From Squalus acanthias (lineage: Eukaryota): a stretch of DNA of 64,000 nucleotides. This document shows, one piece after another, positions 12,201 through 25,235 of this stretch. A program made the position numbers and the translations under genes. Location of the stretch: the NCBI GenBank assembly GCA_030390025.1, contig JASTWF010000323.1, positions 186,001-250,000 on the forward strand. The letters are read 5' to 3'. Each line of letters starts with the position of its first letter. The stretch's first letter is position 1. The notes under the pieces are model-generated. The model was not told the DNA's origin and made no database searches. It saw only the letters and a list, made by a program, of their open reading frames with translations.

Positions 12201-15200
12201 CTTTCCCCAATCCCCCATTTACTGGTGTCTTCCCCAATCCCCCATTTACTGGTGTCTTTCCCCAATCCCCCATTTACTGGTGTCTTTCCCAATCCCCCAT
12301 TTACTGGTGTCTTCCCCAATCCCCCATTTACTGGTGCCTTCCCCAATCTCCCATTTACTGGTGTCTTCCCCAATCCCCCATTTACTGGCGTCTTCCCCAA
12401 TCCCCCATTTACTGGTGTCTTTCCCCAATCCCCCATTTACTGGTGTCTTCCCCAATCTCCCATTTACTGGTGTCTTCCCCAATCCCCCATTTACTGGTGT
12501 CTTCCCCAATCCCCCATTTACTGGTGTCTTCCCCAATCCCCCATTTACTGGTGTCCTTCCCCAATCCCCCATTTACTGGTGTCTTCCCCAATCCCCCATT
12601 TACTGGTGTCTTCCCCAATCCCCCATTTACTGGTGTCCTTCCCCAATCCCCCATTTACTGGAGCCTTCTCCAATCCCCCATTTACTGGTGCCTTCCCCAA
12701 TCCCCCATTTACTGGTGTCTTCCCCAATCCCCCATTTACTGGTGTCTCCCCAATCCCCCATTTACTGGTGCCCTTCCCCAATCCCCCATTTACTGGTGTC
12801 CTTCCCCAATCCCCCATTTACTGGTGTCTTCCCCAATCCCCCATTTACTGGTGTCTTCCCCAATCCCCCATTTACTGGTGTCTTCCCCCAATCCCCCATT
12901 TACTGGTGCTTCCCCAATCCCCCATTTACTGGTGTCTTCCCCAATCCCCCATTTACTGGTGTCTCCCCAATCCCCCATTTACTGGTGTCTTCTCCAATCC
13001 CCCATTTACTGGTGTCTTCCCCAATCCCCCATTTACTGGTGTCTCCCCAATCCCCCATTTACTGGTGCCTTCTCCAATCCCCCATTTACTGGTGTCTCCC
13101 CAATCCCCCATTTACTGGTGTCTTCCCCAATCCCCCATTTACTGGTGTCTTCCCCAATCCCCCATTTACTGGTGTCTTCCCCAATCCCCCATTTACTGGT
13201 GCCTTCCCCAATCCCCCATTTACTGGTGTCTTCCCCCAATCCCCATTTACTGGTGCCCTTCCCCAATCCCCCATTTACTGGTGTCTTCCCCAATCCCCCA
13301 TTTACTGGTCCTTTCCCAAATCACCCATTTACTGGTGTCTTCCCCAATCCCCCATTTACTGGTGTCTTCTCCAATCCCCATTTACTGGCACCCTTCCCCA
13401 ATCCCCCATTTACTGGTGTCTCCCCCAATCCCCCATTTACTGGTGTCTTCCCCAATCCTCCATTTACTGGTGTCTCCCCCAATCCCCCATTTATTGGTGT
13501 CTTTCCCCAATCCACCATTTACTGGTGTCTTTCCCCAATCCCCCATTTACTGGTGTCTTCCCCAATCCCCCAGTTACTGGTGTCTTCCCCAATCTCCCAT
13601 TTACTGGTGTCCTTCCCCAATCCCCCATTTACTGGTGTCTTCCCCAATCCCCCATTTACTGGTGTCTCCCCAATCCCCCATTTACTGGTGTCTCCCCCAA
13701 TCCCCCATTTACTGGTTTCTTCCCCAATCCCCCATTTACTGGGGCCTTCCCCAATCCCCCATTTACTGGTGTCTTCCCCAATCCCCCATTTACTGGGGCC
13801 TTCCCCAATCCCCCATTTACTGGTGTCTTCCCCAATCCCCCATTTACTGGTGCCTTCCCCAATCCCCCATTTACTGCTGTCTTCCCCAATCCCCCATTTA
13901 CTGGTGCCCTTCCCCAATCCCCCATTTACTGGTGTCTCCCCCAATCCCCCATTTACTGGTGTCTTCCCCAATCCCCCATTTACTGGTTTCTTCCCCAATC
14001 CCCCATTTACTGGTGTCTTCCCCAATCCCCCATTTACTGGTGTCTTCCCCAATCCCCCATTTACTGGTGTCTTCACCAATCCCCCATTTACTGGTGTCTT
14101 CCCCAATCCCCCATTTACTGGTGTCTTCCCCAATCCCCCAATTACTGGTGCGTTCCCCAATCCCCCATTTACTGGTGCCTTCCCCAATCCCCCATTTACT
14201 GGTGCCTCCCCCAATTCCCCATTTACTGGTTTCTTCCCCAATCCCCCATTTACTGGTGCCATTCCCCAATCCCACATTTACTGGTGCCATTCCCCAATCC
14301 TCCATTTACTGGTGCCATTCCCCAATCCCCCATTTACTGGTGCCATTCCCCAATCCCACATTTACTGGTGCCATTCCCCAATCCCCCATTTACTGGTGCC
14401 TTCCCCAATCCCCCATTTACTGGTGCCATTCCCCAATCCCCCATTTACTGGTGCCATTCCCCAATCCTCCATTTACTGGTGTCTTCCCCAATCTCCCATT
14501 TACTGGTGCCTTCCCCAATCCCCCATTTACTGGTGTCTCCCCCAATCCCCCATTTACTGGTGCCCTCCGCAATCCCCCATTTACTGGTGCCCTTCCCCAA
14601 TCCCCCATTCACTGGTGTCTTCCCCAATCCCCCATTCACTGGTGTCTTCCCCAATCCCCCATTTACTGGTGTCTTCCCCAATCCTCCATTAACTGGTGTC
14701 TCCACCAATCCCCCATTTACTGGTGCCCTTCCCCAATCCCCCATTTACTGGTGCCCTTCCCCAATCCCCCATTCACTGGTGTCTTCCCCAATCCCCCATT
14801 TACTGGTGTCTTCCCCAATCTCCCATTTACTGGTGCCTTCCCCAATCCCCCATTTACTGGTGCCCTCCGCAATCCCCCATTTACTGGTGTCTGCCCCAAT
14901 CCCCCATTTACTGGTGCCCTCCGCAATCCCCCATTTACTGGTGTCTCCCCCAATCCCCCATTTACTGGTGCCTTCCCCAATCCCCCATTTACTGGTACCT
15001 TCCCCAATCCCCCATTTACTGGTGTCTTCCCCAATCCCCCATTTACTGGTTTCTTCCCCAATCCCCCATTTACTGGTGCCTTCCCCAATCCCCCATTTAC
15101 TGGTACCTTCCCCAATCTCCCATTGACTGGTGTCTCCCCCAATCCCCCATTTACTGGTGTCTTCCCCAATCCTCCATTTACTGGTGCCCTTCCCCAATCC

Positions 15201-17135
15201 CCCATTTACTGGTGTCTCCCCAATCCCCCATTTACTGGTGTCTTCCCCAATCCCCCATTTACTGGTGCCTTCCCCAATCCCCCATTTACTGGTACCTTCC
15301 CCAATCCCCCTTTGACTGGTGTCTCCCCCAATCCCCCATTTACTGGTGTCTTCCCCAATCCCCCATTTACTGGTGTCTTCCCCAATCCCCCATTTACTGG
15401 TGTCTCCCCCAATCCCCCATTTACTGGTGTCTTCCCCAATCCCCCATTTACTGGTGTCTTCCCCAATCCCCCATTTACTGGTGTCTTCCCCAATCCCCCA
15501 TTTACTGGTGCCCTTCGACAATCCCCATTTACTGGTGTCTCCCCAATCCCCCATTTACTGGTGTCTTCCCCAATCCTCCATTTACTGGTGCCCTTCCCCA
15601 ATCCCCCATTTACTGGTGTCTTCCCCAATCCCCCATTTACTGGTGTCTCCCCCAATCCCCCATTTACTGGTGTCTTCCCCAATCCCCCATTTACTGGTGC
15701 CCTTCGACAATCCCCCATTTACTGGTGCCTTCCCCAATCCCCCAGTTACTGGTGCCTTCCCCAATCCCCCATTTACTGGTGCCTTCCCCAATCCCCCATT
15801 TACTGGCGTCTTCCCCAATCCCCCATTTACTGGTGTCCTTCCCAATCACCCATTTACTGGCGCCCTACCCCAATCCCCCATTTACTGGTGTCTTCCCCAA
15901 TCCCCCATTTAAAGGTGCCCTTCCCCAATCCCCCATTTACTGCTGTCTTCTCCAATCCCCCATTTACTGGTGCCCTTCCCCAATCCCCCATTTACTGGTG
16001 CCTTCCCCAATCCCCCATTTACTGGTGCCCTTCCCCAATCTCCCATTTACTGGAGCCCTTCCCCAATCTCCCATTTACTGGAGCCCTTCCCCAATCCCCC
16101 ATTTACTGGTGTCTTCCCCAATCCCCCATTTACTGGTGCCCTTCCCCAATCCCCCATTTACTGGTGTCTTCCCCAATCTCCCATTTACTGGTGTCTTCAC
16201 CAATCCCCCATTTACTGGTGTCTTCCCCAATCCCCCATTTACTGGTGTCTTCCCCAATCCCCCATTTACTGGTGCCTTCCCTAATCCCCCATTTACTGGT
16301 GTCTTCTCCAATCCCCCATTTACTGGTGTCCTTCCCCAATCCCCCATTTACTGGTGCCCTTCCCCAATCCCCCATTTACTGGTGCCTTCCCCAATCCCCC
16401 ATTTACTGGTGTCTTCCCCAATCACCCATTTTCTGGTGCCATTCCCCAATCCTCCATTTACTGGTGCCCTTCCCCAATCCCCAATTTAATGGTGCCCTTC
16501 CCCAATCCTCCATTTACTGGTGCCTTCCCCAATCCCCCATTTACTGGTGCCTTCCCCAATCTCCCATTTACTTGTGCCTTCCCCAATCTCCAATTTACTG
16601 GTGCCTTCCCCAAACCCCATTTACTGGTGTCTTCCCCAATCCCCCATTTACATGGTACCGTCCCCAATACTCTCCTATACTGTTGCCATCCCCAATCCCT
16701 CATTTACTGTTGCCATTCCCCAATCCCCCATTTACTGGTGTCCTTCCCTAATCCCACATCTACTGGTGCCCTTCCCCAATCTCCCATTTACTGGTGTCGT
16801 TCCCTAATCCCCCACTTACTGGTGCCTTCCCCAAAACCACCGTTTACTGTTGCCTTCCACAATCTCCTATTTACTGTTGCTTTCCCCAATCTCCCATTTA
16901 CTGTTGCCTTCCCCAATCCCCATTAACTGGTGCCCTTCCCCAATCCCCCTTTTACTGGTGCCTGCCCAGTCCCCCATTGACTGGCGAATTCCCCAATCCC
17001 CCATTGACAGGTGCCTTCCACATTTTCCCATTTACTGTTGCCTTCTCCAATCCCCCATTTAATGGTGCCCTTCCCCAATTCCCCATTTACTGTTGCCTTC
17101 CCCCATCCCCCATTTACTGGTGCCTGCCCCAATCC
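9265..17135. repeat. 27-bp tandem satellite (CCCCAATCCCCCATTTACTGGTGTCTT), homogeneous in the core and degenerate at the flanks
   Basis: Roughly 290 units of 26-28 bp are directly visible; the + strand is strongly C-rich. Confidence 0.97.
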
Positions 17136-17297
17136 CTCTCACCCTTTATAATTCTCTCTCTGTATGTCTCTCTTTCTCACTTGATCTATTTCGCTCTCTC
17201 TCTCTCTTCATCTCTCTCCCACTGTCCCTCTATATTTACTCCTCTGTCTGTGTCTCTCTCTCTCACTCTGTCTCGTTCGCTCTCACTCTCACTCTCA
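17135..17297. repeat. (CT)n-like low-complexity tract
   Basis: Interrupted tctctc runs. Confidence 0.85.
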
Positions 17298-17299
17298 AT

Positions 17300-17450
17300 G
17301 CCCTATGCGGGGGTTATTGACTTGATGGCGGACAGGAACGTGGTGCCGGTGGGGGCCATGTTGGCGATCACCTCTGCGGGATGAGGTCACTTCCGGTGAG
17401 ACGCACTGAGCTCACATTCACCGCACAATCGGCGGACCTGAAATTCTGAC
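17300..17450 (-). promoter_or_regulatory. Short CpG-rich promoter-like element with an ETS site and a YY1/Kozak-like ATG on the minus strand
   Basis: CACTTCCGG at 17388-17396 (CCGGAAGTG on minus); GCCAACATGGC on minus with the ATG at 17359-17357; high local CpG density. Confidence 0.4.
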
Positions 17451-17594
17451 ACAGGCTTCCCCACATTTCTTTCCACTTCGCCATATCATTCCCTCGTCTC
17501 CCATTTCTTCCCCTCGTCTCCTATTTTTTTCACCTTACCATATTTCTTCCCCTCCCACGCCCCCAGTCATTTCTACTTTTCCACACTTGTGCTG

Positions 17595-18630
17595 TTGGTC
17601 GGGTTTAAACTAATTTGGCTGGGGGATGGGCACTCGGATGAAATATTAGAGGAAGAGAAACAAGGTGCACAGAGAACTGGGAGAGGCGAGTAGCACCAGA
17701 GTAAAGTCTATTTCAGAAATAGGAGGGATCAGACTGGAGGTAAATGCGAGGCAGTCTAAGACGTTTTTGAGTGTATGTACATAAATGCACGGTGTGGTAA
17801 GATGGTGAGCTGCAGGCACAAGTCGCCACATGCGACTATGATATAATGGCAAGAACAGAGACCTGGATCAAAGAAGGGGAGGATTGGGAACTTAATATTT
17901 CTGGCTACAAGGTATTCAGGAAAGATAGGGAAGCAAAGAAAGGAGGGTGTGTAGCAGTATTGATAAAAGTAACTATTACAGCACTGGAAAGGGATGAGGT
18001 TGTTGAGGGGCCAAAGACAGAATCTATTTGGTTAGAATTAAGGAATAATAGAGGAGATATTACGATTCTCGGTGTACACTATAGACCACCAAATAATGGG
18101 AAGGAGATAAAGGAGCAAATTTGTAGGCACATTACCTAAATATGCAAGAACTACAGTGTAGTGATAAAGGGGGACTTCAGTTATCTCAATATAGACTGGA
18201 ATTGTAACAGTGTAAAGGGCAAAGAGGGGGAGGAAGTCATCAAATGTGTACAAGTGAACTTTCCTGACCAGTCCAATGAGGAAGGAATCAGTGCTGGATC
18301 AAGTTCTGGGGCATGAAGTGGAGCAAGTGAAGCATGTATTTTTTTTGGGGGGGTGGTGGGGAATTAGAAGAAAAGTGGTCATAATATCATCAGGTTTAGA
18401 ATAGTTATGGAAATGGACGGGGATCAATCAAGCGTAAAAGTAATTAACTGGAGCTGGGCTAATATCAGGGAGAATAAAGGGAACTGGCCCAGGTGCTTTG
18501 GAATCGAAGGTTGGTCGGCAAAACAATAATTGAATAATGGTAGGCCTTCAAAGAGGAGATGGTTCCGGTACAGAAAGACGCATTCCCATGAGGGGGGAAG
18601 GAATGGCCTCCAAAGCTAGAGCTCCCTAGG
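17595..18630 (+). mobile_element. CR1 LINE fragment (ORF1/ORF2 junction and APE endonuclease), decayed
   Basis: Peptide TETWIKEGEDWELNISGYKVFRKDR..GVHYRPPN is a typical CR1 endonuclease; contains stops and frameshifts. Confidence 0.9.
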
Positions 18631-18687
18631 TGACAACAACAACAAAAACTTGCGTTTATATAGCGCCTTTAACTTTTTATGTACTTA

Positions 18688-18803
18688 TGTCAGCTGTAAC
18701 TCAGTGGGTAACACTCCCGCCTCTTCACTGGCTGCAAAGCGCTTTGGGACGTCGTGAGGTCGTGAAAAGCACAATATAAATGCAAGTCTTTCTTTCTTTC
18801 TTT
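18688..18803 (+). mobile_element. Internally deleted tRNA-derived SINE with an L2-type tail (SacSINE1/DeuSINE-like); preceded by a reverse L2-tail remnant at ~18633-18675
   Basis: Box A-like agctgtaactcagtgggtaacac is joined to the tail ggctgcaaagcgctttgggacgtc..atataaatgcaagtctttctttc. Confidence 0.65.
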
Positions 18804-18806
18804 AAA

Positions 18807-19610
18807 TGTGCCTCTACCACCCTCTCAGGCAGTGAGTTCCAGATCACGTCACCATCTGGCGAAAACATTTCTCCTCAAATTCCCTCTAATCCTTCTACCA
18901 ATTACTTTAACTCTATGCCCTTTGGTTATTCATATCTCTGCTAGGGGAAATAGGTCGTTCCTATCCTCTCTATCGAGGCCCCTAATAATGTTATACACCT
19001 CAATTAAATCTCCCCTCTCCCTTCTCTGCTCCATGGAAAGCAACCCCAGTCTATCCGATCTTTCCTCTTAGCTAAAATTCTTCCTTCCGAGCAGTATCCT
19101 CGTGAATGTCCTCTGTACCCTCTCCAGTGCAATCACATCTTTCTTGTAATATGGTGAACAGCACTGTACGCAGTGCTCAAGCTGTGGCCTAACAAGTGTT
19201 TTATAAAGTTCGAGCATAACCTCCCTGCTCTTATATTCTATGACTCGGCTAACAAAGGAAAGTATCCTGTATGCCTTCTTAACTAACATACCTACCTGCC
19301 CTGATACCTTCAGGGATATGTGGACACACACTCCAAGGTCCCTCTGTTCCTCTGCACTTCGCAGTATCCTACCATTTTGTGTGTATTCCATTACCTCGTT
19401 AGCATTACTTCACACTTCTCTGGATTTAATTCCATTTGCCGCCTTGCTGCCCACCTGACCAGTCCATTGATATTTTCCTGGAATCTACAGCTTTCTTCCT
19501 CACTATCAACCACACCGTCATTTTTTGCATGATCTGCAAACTTCTTAATCATGCCCCCTAAGTTGAAGTCTAAATCATTGATGTATACCACAAAAAGCAA
19601 GGGACCTCGT
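18807..19610 (-). mobile_element. CR1 LINE RT C-terminal fragment
   Basis: Peptides LFVVYINDLD..KFAD and RDLGV..LYKTLVRPQLEHCVQ. Confidence 0.9.
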
Positions 19611-21075
19611 AATGAGCCCTTTGGAAGTAGTGCCAGAGGACGGGCGGATTACAAATGTTACACCTCTGTATAAACAGGGGGCGGGGGATAAACCCGGCAA
19701 CTGCAGGCCAGTCAGCCTAATGCCGGTGGTGGGGAAACCTTTAGAGACATTAATCCAGAACAAAATTAAGTTGCACTTGGAAATTTTTGGGTTAATAAAT
19801 GAAAGTCAGAAAAGATTTATTAAAGGCACATCGTGTTTGAAAAACTTGATCGCGTTCTTTGATGAAGTGATGTAGAGTGTTGATGAGGGTAGTGCGGTTG
19901 ATGTTGTGTATATGGACTTTCAAAAGACATTTGGTAAAGTACAACATAATAGACGTGTTAGAAAAATTAAAGCCCATGGGATTAAATGGACAGCGGCAGC
20001 ATGGATACAACATTTTCTAAGGGACAGAAAACAGAGAGAAGTGGTGAACGACTGTTCTTGAACTGGAGAGAAGTGTGCAGTGTTGCTCCCCAGGTGCTGG
20101 TGATTTGAATCATTGCTTTTTTTGATATATATTAATGAGCTGGGCTTGGGTATACCGGGCATGAGTTTAAGTTTGCAGTTGATACAAAACTCGGAAAAGT
20201 AGGAAACAATGTGATGACAGCAAAATACTTCAGGAGGACATTGAGAAACTGGTGAAATGGGCAGACACAGGGCAGATGAAATTTAACACAAAGAACTGTG
20301 AAACTGTGAAAAGTGATACATTTTGGTCGGAACAATGAGGAGAGACAATAGGAACTAAATGGTACAATTTTAAAGGGGGTGCAGGAACAGAGAGACATGG
20401 GGTGTATGAACACAAATCTTTGAAGTGGAGGAAAAGTTGTGAAGGCTAATAAAACATCATATGGGAACTTGGCTTTAATAATAGAGGAATAGAGTACAAA
20501 CGCAAGGAAGTTACGCTAAATTTTATGAAATACTGGTTAGGCCTAAGCTGGCGTATTGCGTTTAATTCTGGGCACCACACTTTAGGAAGGATGTCAAGGC
20601 CTTGCGGAGGCTCTGTAAGAGATTTCTCAGAGTAGTTCCAGGGTGGAGGGAATTCAGTTATGTGTAGAAACTGGAGAAGCTGCGATTGTTCTCCTTAGGG
20701 CAGAGAAGGTTAAGAGGAGATTTAATAGCGGTATTCAAAATTCTGAAGGGTTTTTGATGGAGTAAACAAGGAGAAAATGTTTCCAGTGCCAGAATGGTCA
20801 GTAAGCAGAAGACACAGATTTAAGGTGATTGGCAAAAAACCAGAGGCGATTTGCGGAAAAAAATACACAGCGAGATGATGTGATCTGGAATGCACTGCCT
20901 GAAAGGGTGTTGGAAGCAGATTCAATAGTAACTTTCAAAAGGGAATTGAATAAATACTTTAAGGGACAACGTTTTCAGTTCTATGGTGTAAGAACATGGG
21001 ATTGGGATTAAGTGGGTAACTCTACCAAAGAGCCGGCACAGGCAAGATGGGCCGAATGGGATCCTTTTGTGCTTT
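19611..21075 (+). mobile_element. CR1 LINE RT region to 3' end, decayed
   Basis: Peptides VPEDGRITNVTPLYK..RPVSL and YMDFQK; 3' UTR gatgggccgaatgg. Confidence 0.9.
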
Positions 21076-21229
21076 GATACTATTTTTTCCACTTTCCCTA
21101 TTTACTTCCCCTTCTCCGAATTCGTTCCCCCTTTTCCCTACATTTTTCTCCCTTCATCTCCCCTCGGTCTCTTCCTCCCTCATTCACTGAGTTTCCTCAG
21201 TTTGTTTCCAGCTTTAATTAACATCAGTG

Positions 21230-21761
21230 AAAAACATTTGCATAACCATAATTCAGCGAGGTCGGCTTGGCTTTAAGCAGCGCTTATTCCCCTCTGGTTT
21301 CTCATTGGTTCCAGCGCCCCCCAGCGCCTCACTCGAGCGTCTGTCAAAGAGAAATGACGCAATGACGCTGGTCGGGCAATGACTTTCTAACGTTTGTCGG
21401 GGAATGACGCAATAAGGCCAGACAGGAATTGAACAGCAAGGTGGCGCTCCGATTGGTCAAAGCGCGGCAGCGCCCCTCAGCCATTGTTTGACTCCGCTGA
21501 CCATCACAGTGCCGGCGGGTGGCGGGATCTCAGTGGAGCAGAGACGCGCTGACATTGGTCATGAATAGCAGCACCCATTTCCTTGTTTCGCTCACCTGTC
21601 CATCACGGTTCGGGTGCGCGGATGCCCCATTGGAACGTTGGCTCAGGGAGGCGCTTCACTCTGGGATAGCGGGTCACCCGAGCCCGTGACCGTGGAGAGG
21701 GGGCGGGGCCAGTGGAGCCATTCGGGGCGGCCATGTTGCCGGAGAAGTCTACGCGGTGAGG
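21230..21761 (+). promoter_or_regulatory. CpG-island-like promoter with a candidate first coding mini-exon (ATG 21733, donor GTGAGG 21756)
   Basis: Octamer ATTTGCAT 21236; reverse CCAAT boxes at ~21304, 21452, 21554 and 21629; TGACGCAAT at 21355 and 21405; GC box at 21700; YY1-like GGCGGCCATGTT at ~21726. Confidence 0.6.
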
Positions 21762-23680
21762 TCACGACCGGGGATGGGGAGGGGGAGGGGAGAAGGAGGG
21801 ATGGAAGTGGGGGTGAGCGGGTCGCTGACGGGGTGTGGTGTGGGGCGGGAGGGTGTCGGTGAGATGAAGGGGTTTGGGCTGGAGAAGTAGAGCGGTGAGT
21901 GGGTGGGATGCGGGGCGGTGAGTTTGTGGGTTGTGGGGCGGTAATGGGTGAGTGCGGCGGTGACGTTGCGGAGTGGGGCGGTGTGGGGGAGGAGATTGGG
22001 GGAGAGGAGTGGGGCGCTGAGGGTGAGGGGAGGCTCGTGAGTGAGGCGGTTGGGAATGGCGTGGTGAGGGATTTGGGATTGTGGCGGTGAGGGGAGAGAT
22101 CGTGATGGTGAGATGGTGGGGAGTGGGGCGGTGAGGGGGTGGAGGTGGTGGGGAGAGAAATGGCGAGGGATAGGGGAGTGGGGCGGTGTGGTGGAGGGGA
22201 GAGGGGCGGCGTGGGGTAGGGGAGAGAGGCGGTCTGGGGAGGGGAGTTGGGCGTTGAGGGGGAGGGGAGAGGGGCAGTGAGAGGAAGGGGTGCTGTTGGG
22301 AGGGGGATGGTGAAGGGAGGGGAGTGGAGTAGAGGGGAGGAGGGGAGTGGGGTGGTGATTGTGAGTCGAGTGGGGCGCTAAGTTGGAGGGGAGTTGGGCA
22401 GTGAGTGGGAGGGGAGTGGGGCGCTGAGGGGGAGGGGAGTGGTGTACTGAAGGGGAGGGGAGTGGCCCAGTGATGGGGAGTAGTGGGGCCGGTCAAGGGG
22501 ATGGAATTTGGCGATGAGCGGGATGGGAGTTGGGTGGAGAGGTTGTTGTTACTGGGGTAGAGAGGGGGAGGGGAGTGGGGTGTTGAGGAGGAGAATGGGT
22601 TGGTGAGGAGTGGGAGGGGATTGTGGCGGTGACGTGAGGAGTGGCACAGTGAGAGGAAGTGGAGTGGGGCGGTGAGGGTAAGAGGAATGTGACGGTTGCT
22701 GGGAAGGGCAGTGGGGTGGTAATGTTTTGGGGGAGCGGAGTGGGGCAGTGCTGGGAAGGGGAGTGGGGTGGTGAGGGTGTGTGGGAGCGGAGTGGGCAGT
22801 GCTGGGAAGGGGAGTGGGGTGGTGGACAGGAGGTGAGTGCTGCGGTTTCCAGAGAGGGAAGTGGGGGAGGATGGTGACCTTGAGGGGAGTGGAGTGCGGA
22901 GGGGAGGGGGCGTGAGGAGTGTGGCGCTGAGGGTGAGGGAAGTGTGGCATTGAGGGTTAGGGGAGTTGAGCTTTCAGGGGGAGGGAAGTGAGGCTGTGAG
23001 TGGGGGTGGGGAGTGGGGCCATGAGGCGGAGGGGAAGGGAAGTCAGGCGGTGAGGGAAAGGGGAGTGGGGCGATGAGGAGGAGAGGAGGGGTGCGGTGAG
23101 GGGGAGGTCAGTGGGGCCGTGAGATGGAGGGGAGTGTGACGGTGAGGGGAGTGGTGCGGTGAGGGGGTGGGGAGTGGGGTGGTGAGTTGGTGTGGCGTGG
23201 AGTGGTGAGGGGGACGGAAAGGCGGTGAGTGGGACCGGATTGGTGCACTCGAGGAGCGGAGAGGGGCGGTGAATGGGAGGGGATTGGGGCGATGAGAGGG
23301 AGGGGAGTGGAGCGGTGAGGTGGAGGGGAGTGCGGTGTTGAGGGGGAGGGGAGTTAGGCTGTGAGGGGCAGGGACAGGGTTTGTGAGGGGGAGTGGAGTG
23401 GGACGGTGAATGTTAGGGGAGTGGGGTGGATGTGGGGGAGCTTAGAGGGGCGGTGATTGGGAGGGGATTTGTGTGGTGAGAGGGAGGGGTATGGGGTGGT
23501 GAGGGGTAATGGAGAGGGGCGGTGATTGGAAGGGGATTGGGGAGATGACAGGGTGGGGCGTGGGGTGGTGAGGGTGAGGTGTGTGGGGCAGTGAGGGGGA
23601 GGGGAGTGGATTGGAGTTGTGAGGGGGTGGGAAGTTGGGCGGTGAGTTGGGTTGTGAGGGGGAGGGGAGTGGGGATAGTC
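21762..23680 (+). repeat. G-rich low-complexity degenerate repeat (ggggagtggggcggtgagg-like)
   Basis: Extreme G skew with many G3-G5 tracts. Confidence 0.85.
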
Positions 23681-24170
23681 AGATCGGGTACCAAGGTACT
23701 GGAGTGATGTGTAGGCGCAGAGTGGGTACTGAGGGAGTGGATTCGTGTGTAGGCCCACACCGGTTAATGTGGGACTGGAGTCAGGGTAACCACAGACTTG
23801 GTAGTGAGGGATTGCAGTGAGGTGTAATCCCGACCGGGTAGTGAGAATCTGGAGTCTCGTGTAGATCCAGACCGGGCAGTGAGGGACTGGATTCCGGTGT
23901 AGGCGCAGACTGGGTTGTGCGGGACTGGAGTCTAGTGTCGACCCAGATCAGGTTGTGAGGGACTGGAGTCAGGTGTAAGTCCAGACCATGTAGAGAACGC
24001 CTGGAGTCAGTTGTAGGCCCTTGACCGGGTAGAGAGAGCCTGGAGTGAGGTATCGGGCCAGATCAGGCACTGAGGGATTGGAGTCCGGTGTAGGTCCAGA
24101 TCGGGTTGTGAGGGACTTGAGTCAAGTGTAGGCCCAGATTGGATACTGAATGACTGGAGTGAGGTGTTGG
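23680..24170. repeat. 38-bp minisatellite (GAGGGACTGGAGTCAGGTGTAGGCCCAGACCGGGTAGT-like), ~12 copies
   Basis: The gggactgg motif recurs with a 38-bp period (23881, 23919, 23957...). Confidence 0.85.
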
Positions 24171-24617
24171 CTTGTGTTAGCGAATGGGTAATTGCGTGTG
24201 TGCTTACTTATAATTCACTCCTTTAATCAATAGGATTAACAACGTTTAATGTCAGATGTCACACATTTATTAAACATAAAATAATTATACACAACAGCCA
24301 CAGCTTCCGACAAAACCTTGCGTGTTTTAGACTGAGAATGAAACGTGTTACAATCCCGAGCTCGCTATACAGATTGATCAGATCTTAACCGAATCCAAGG
24401 TAACAGTTCCAGCACCCACGTTTTATCCCTTCTCCTTCCTCCTTTTACATGACAATTGGCCTGTTTCAAAGTTACATCAAGAGGTGTCCTGGATAATGTT
24501 TCAGTGAACACTGATTTAAATTCTGTCCTTGTACCTACAGATCCCTCACTCCCTTTACTTGACTCACCCTCCCTAATTGCCCGGTTCCAGGCTCTGGTGT
24601 TTCTCAGGCAGGTTCTT

Positions 24618-25016
24618 ATCTGATCTACATTGGCTCCCGGTCCAGCAACGGCAGGATTAAAAAAAAAATCTCATCCTTGCTTGAAAATCTCTCCATGCCG
24701 TCGACCCCTCCCTATCTCTGTAACTTCTTCCAGCCCCTCCGAATCGCTGCATTCTTCCATTTCTGTCACCTTGCGCACCCCCCGATTTTAACCACTCCAC
24801 CATTGGCGGCCGTGCCCTCAGCTGCCTCGGCCCTAAGCTCCGCAATTCCCTCCCTAAACTTCTTCACCTCTCCTCCTGTAAGATGTTCGGTAAAACCTGT
24901 CCTAATATCTCCTTATGTGGCTCGGTATCAAATTGTGTTTGATTTCGGCTCCTATGGAGCACCTTGCGAAGTTTTGCTACGTTAAAGACGCTGTATAAAT
25001 GCAAGTTGTTGTTGTA
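24618..25016 (+). mobile_element. L2 LINE 3' fragment
   Basis: ctacattggctcccggtcc (LHWLP motif region); ends in aaatgcaagttgttgttgt. Confidence 0.8.
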
Positions 25017-25044
25017 AGCCTTCAAGACCTCCGTTCTGATGAGT

Positions 25045-25235
25045 GGGATCTTGCTCTCGCCTCTTATCTGGTCACTTACACATCGCTGTTTGTGGGAGCT
25101 TGCTGTGCGCAAATTGGTTGGTGTGTTTCCTACATTACAGCTGTGACTACACTTCAAAAAGTAATTCATTGGCTGTAAAGCGCTTTGGACATCCTGAGGC
25201 ACGATATAGATACAAGTCTTTCTTTCTATCTTTCT
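25045..25235 (+). mobile_element. 3' part of an L2-tailed SINE (DeuSINE/SacSINE1-like)
   Basis: gctgtttgtgggagcttgctgtgcgcaaattgg..ggctgtaaagcgctttgg..caagtctttctttc; shares its tail with the element at 18688. Confidence 0.7.

Noticed and set aside
10599..16751. 2050-aa, 1308-aa and 1281-aa Pro-rich ORFs (extensin-like)
   Set aside because: All three + frames are open only because the 27-mer lacks stops. Frequent 26/28-bp units shift freely between frames, so no frame is preserved.
350..17135. CRISPR-like arrays
   Set aside because: The repeats are contiguous, with no unique spacers and no cas genes, and the context is vertebrate.
9265..17135. Immunoglobulin switch-like region
   Set aside because: It is G-skewed but lacks AGCT motif density, and no Ig exons are present.
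21762..23760. Pro/His-rich ORFs on the minus strand
   Set aside because: Translation of G-rich low-complexity sequence.
24565..24625. Possible further minus-strand exon ending at a gtgagt donor
   Set aside because: The acceptor falls in L2 sequence with no polypyrimidine tract and the frame is ambiguous.
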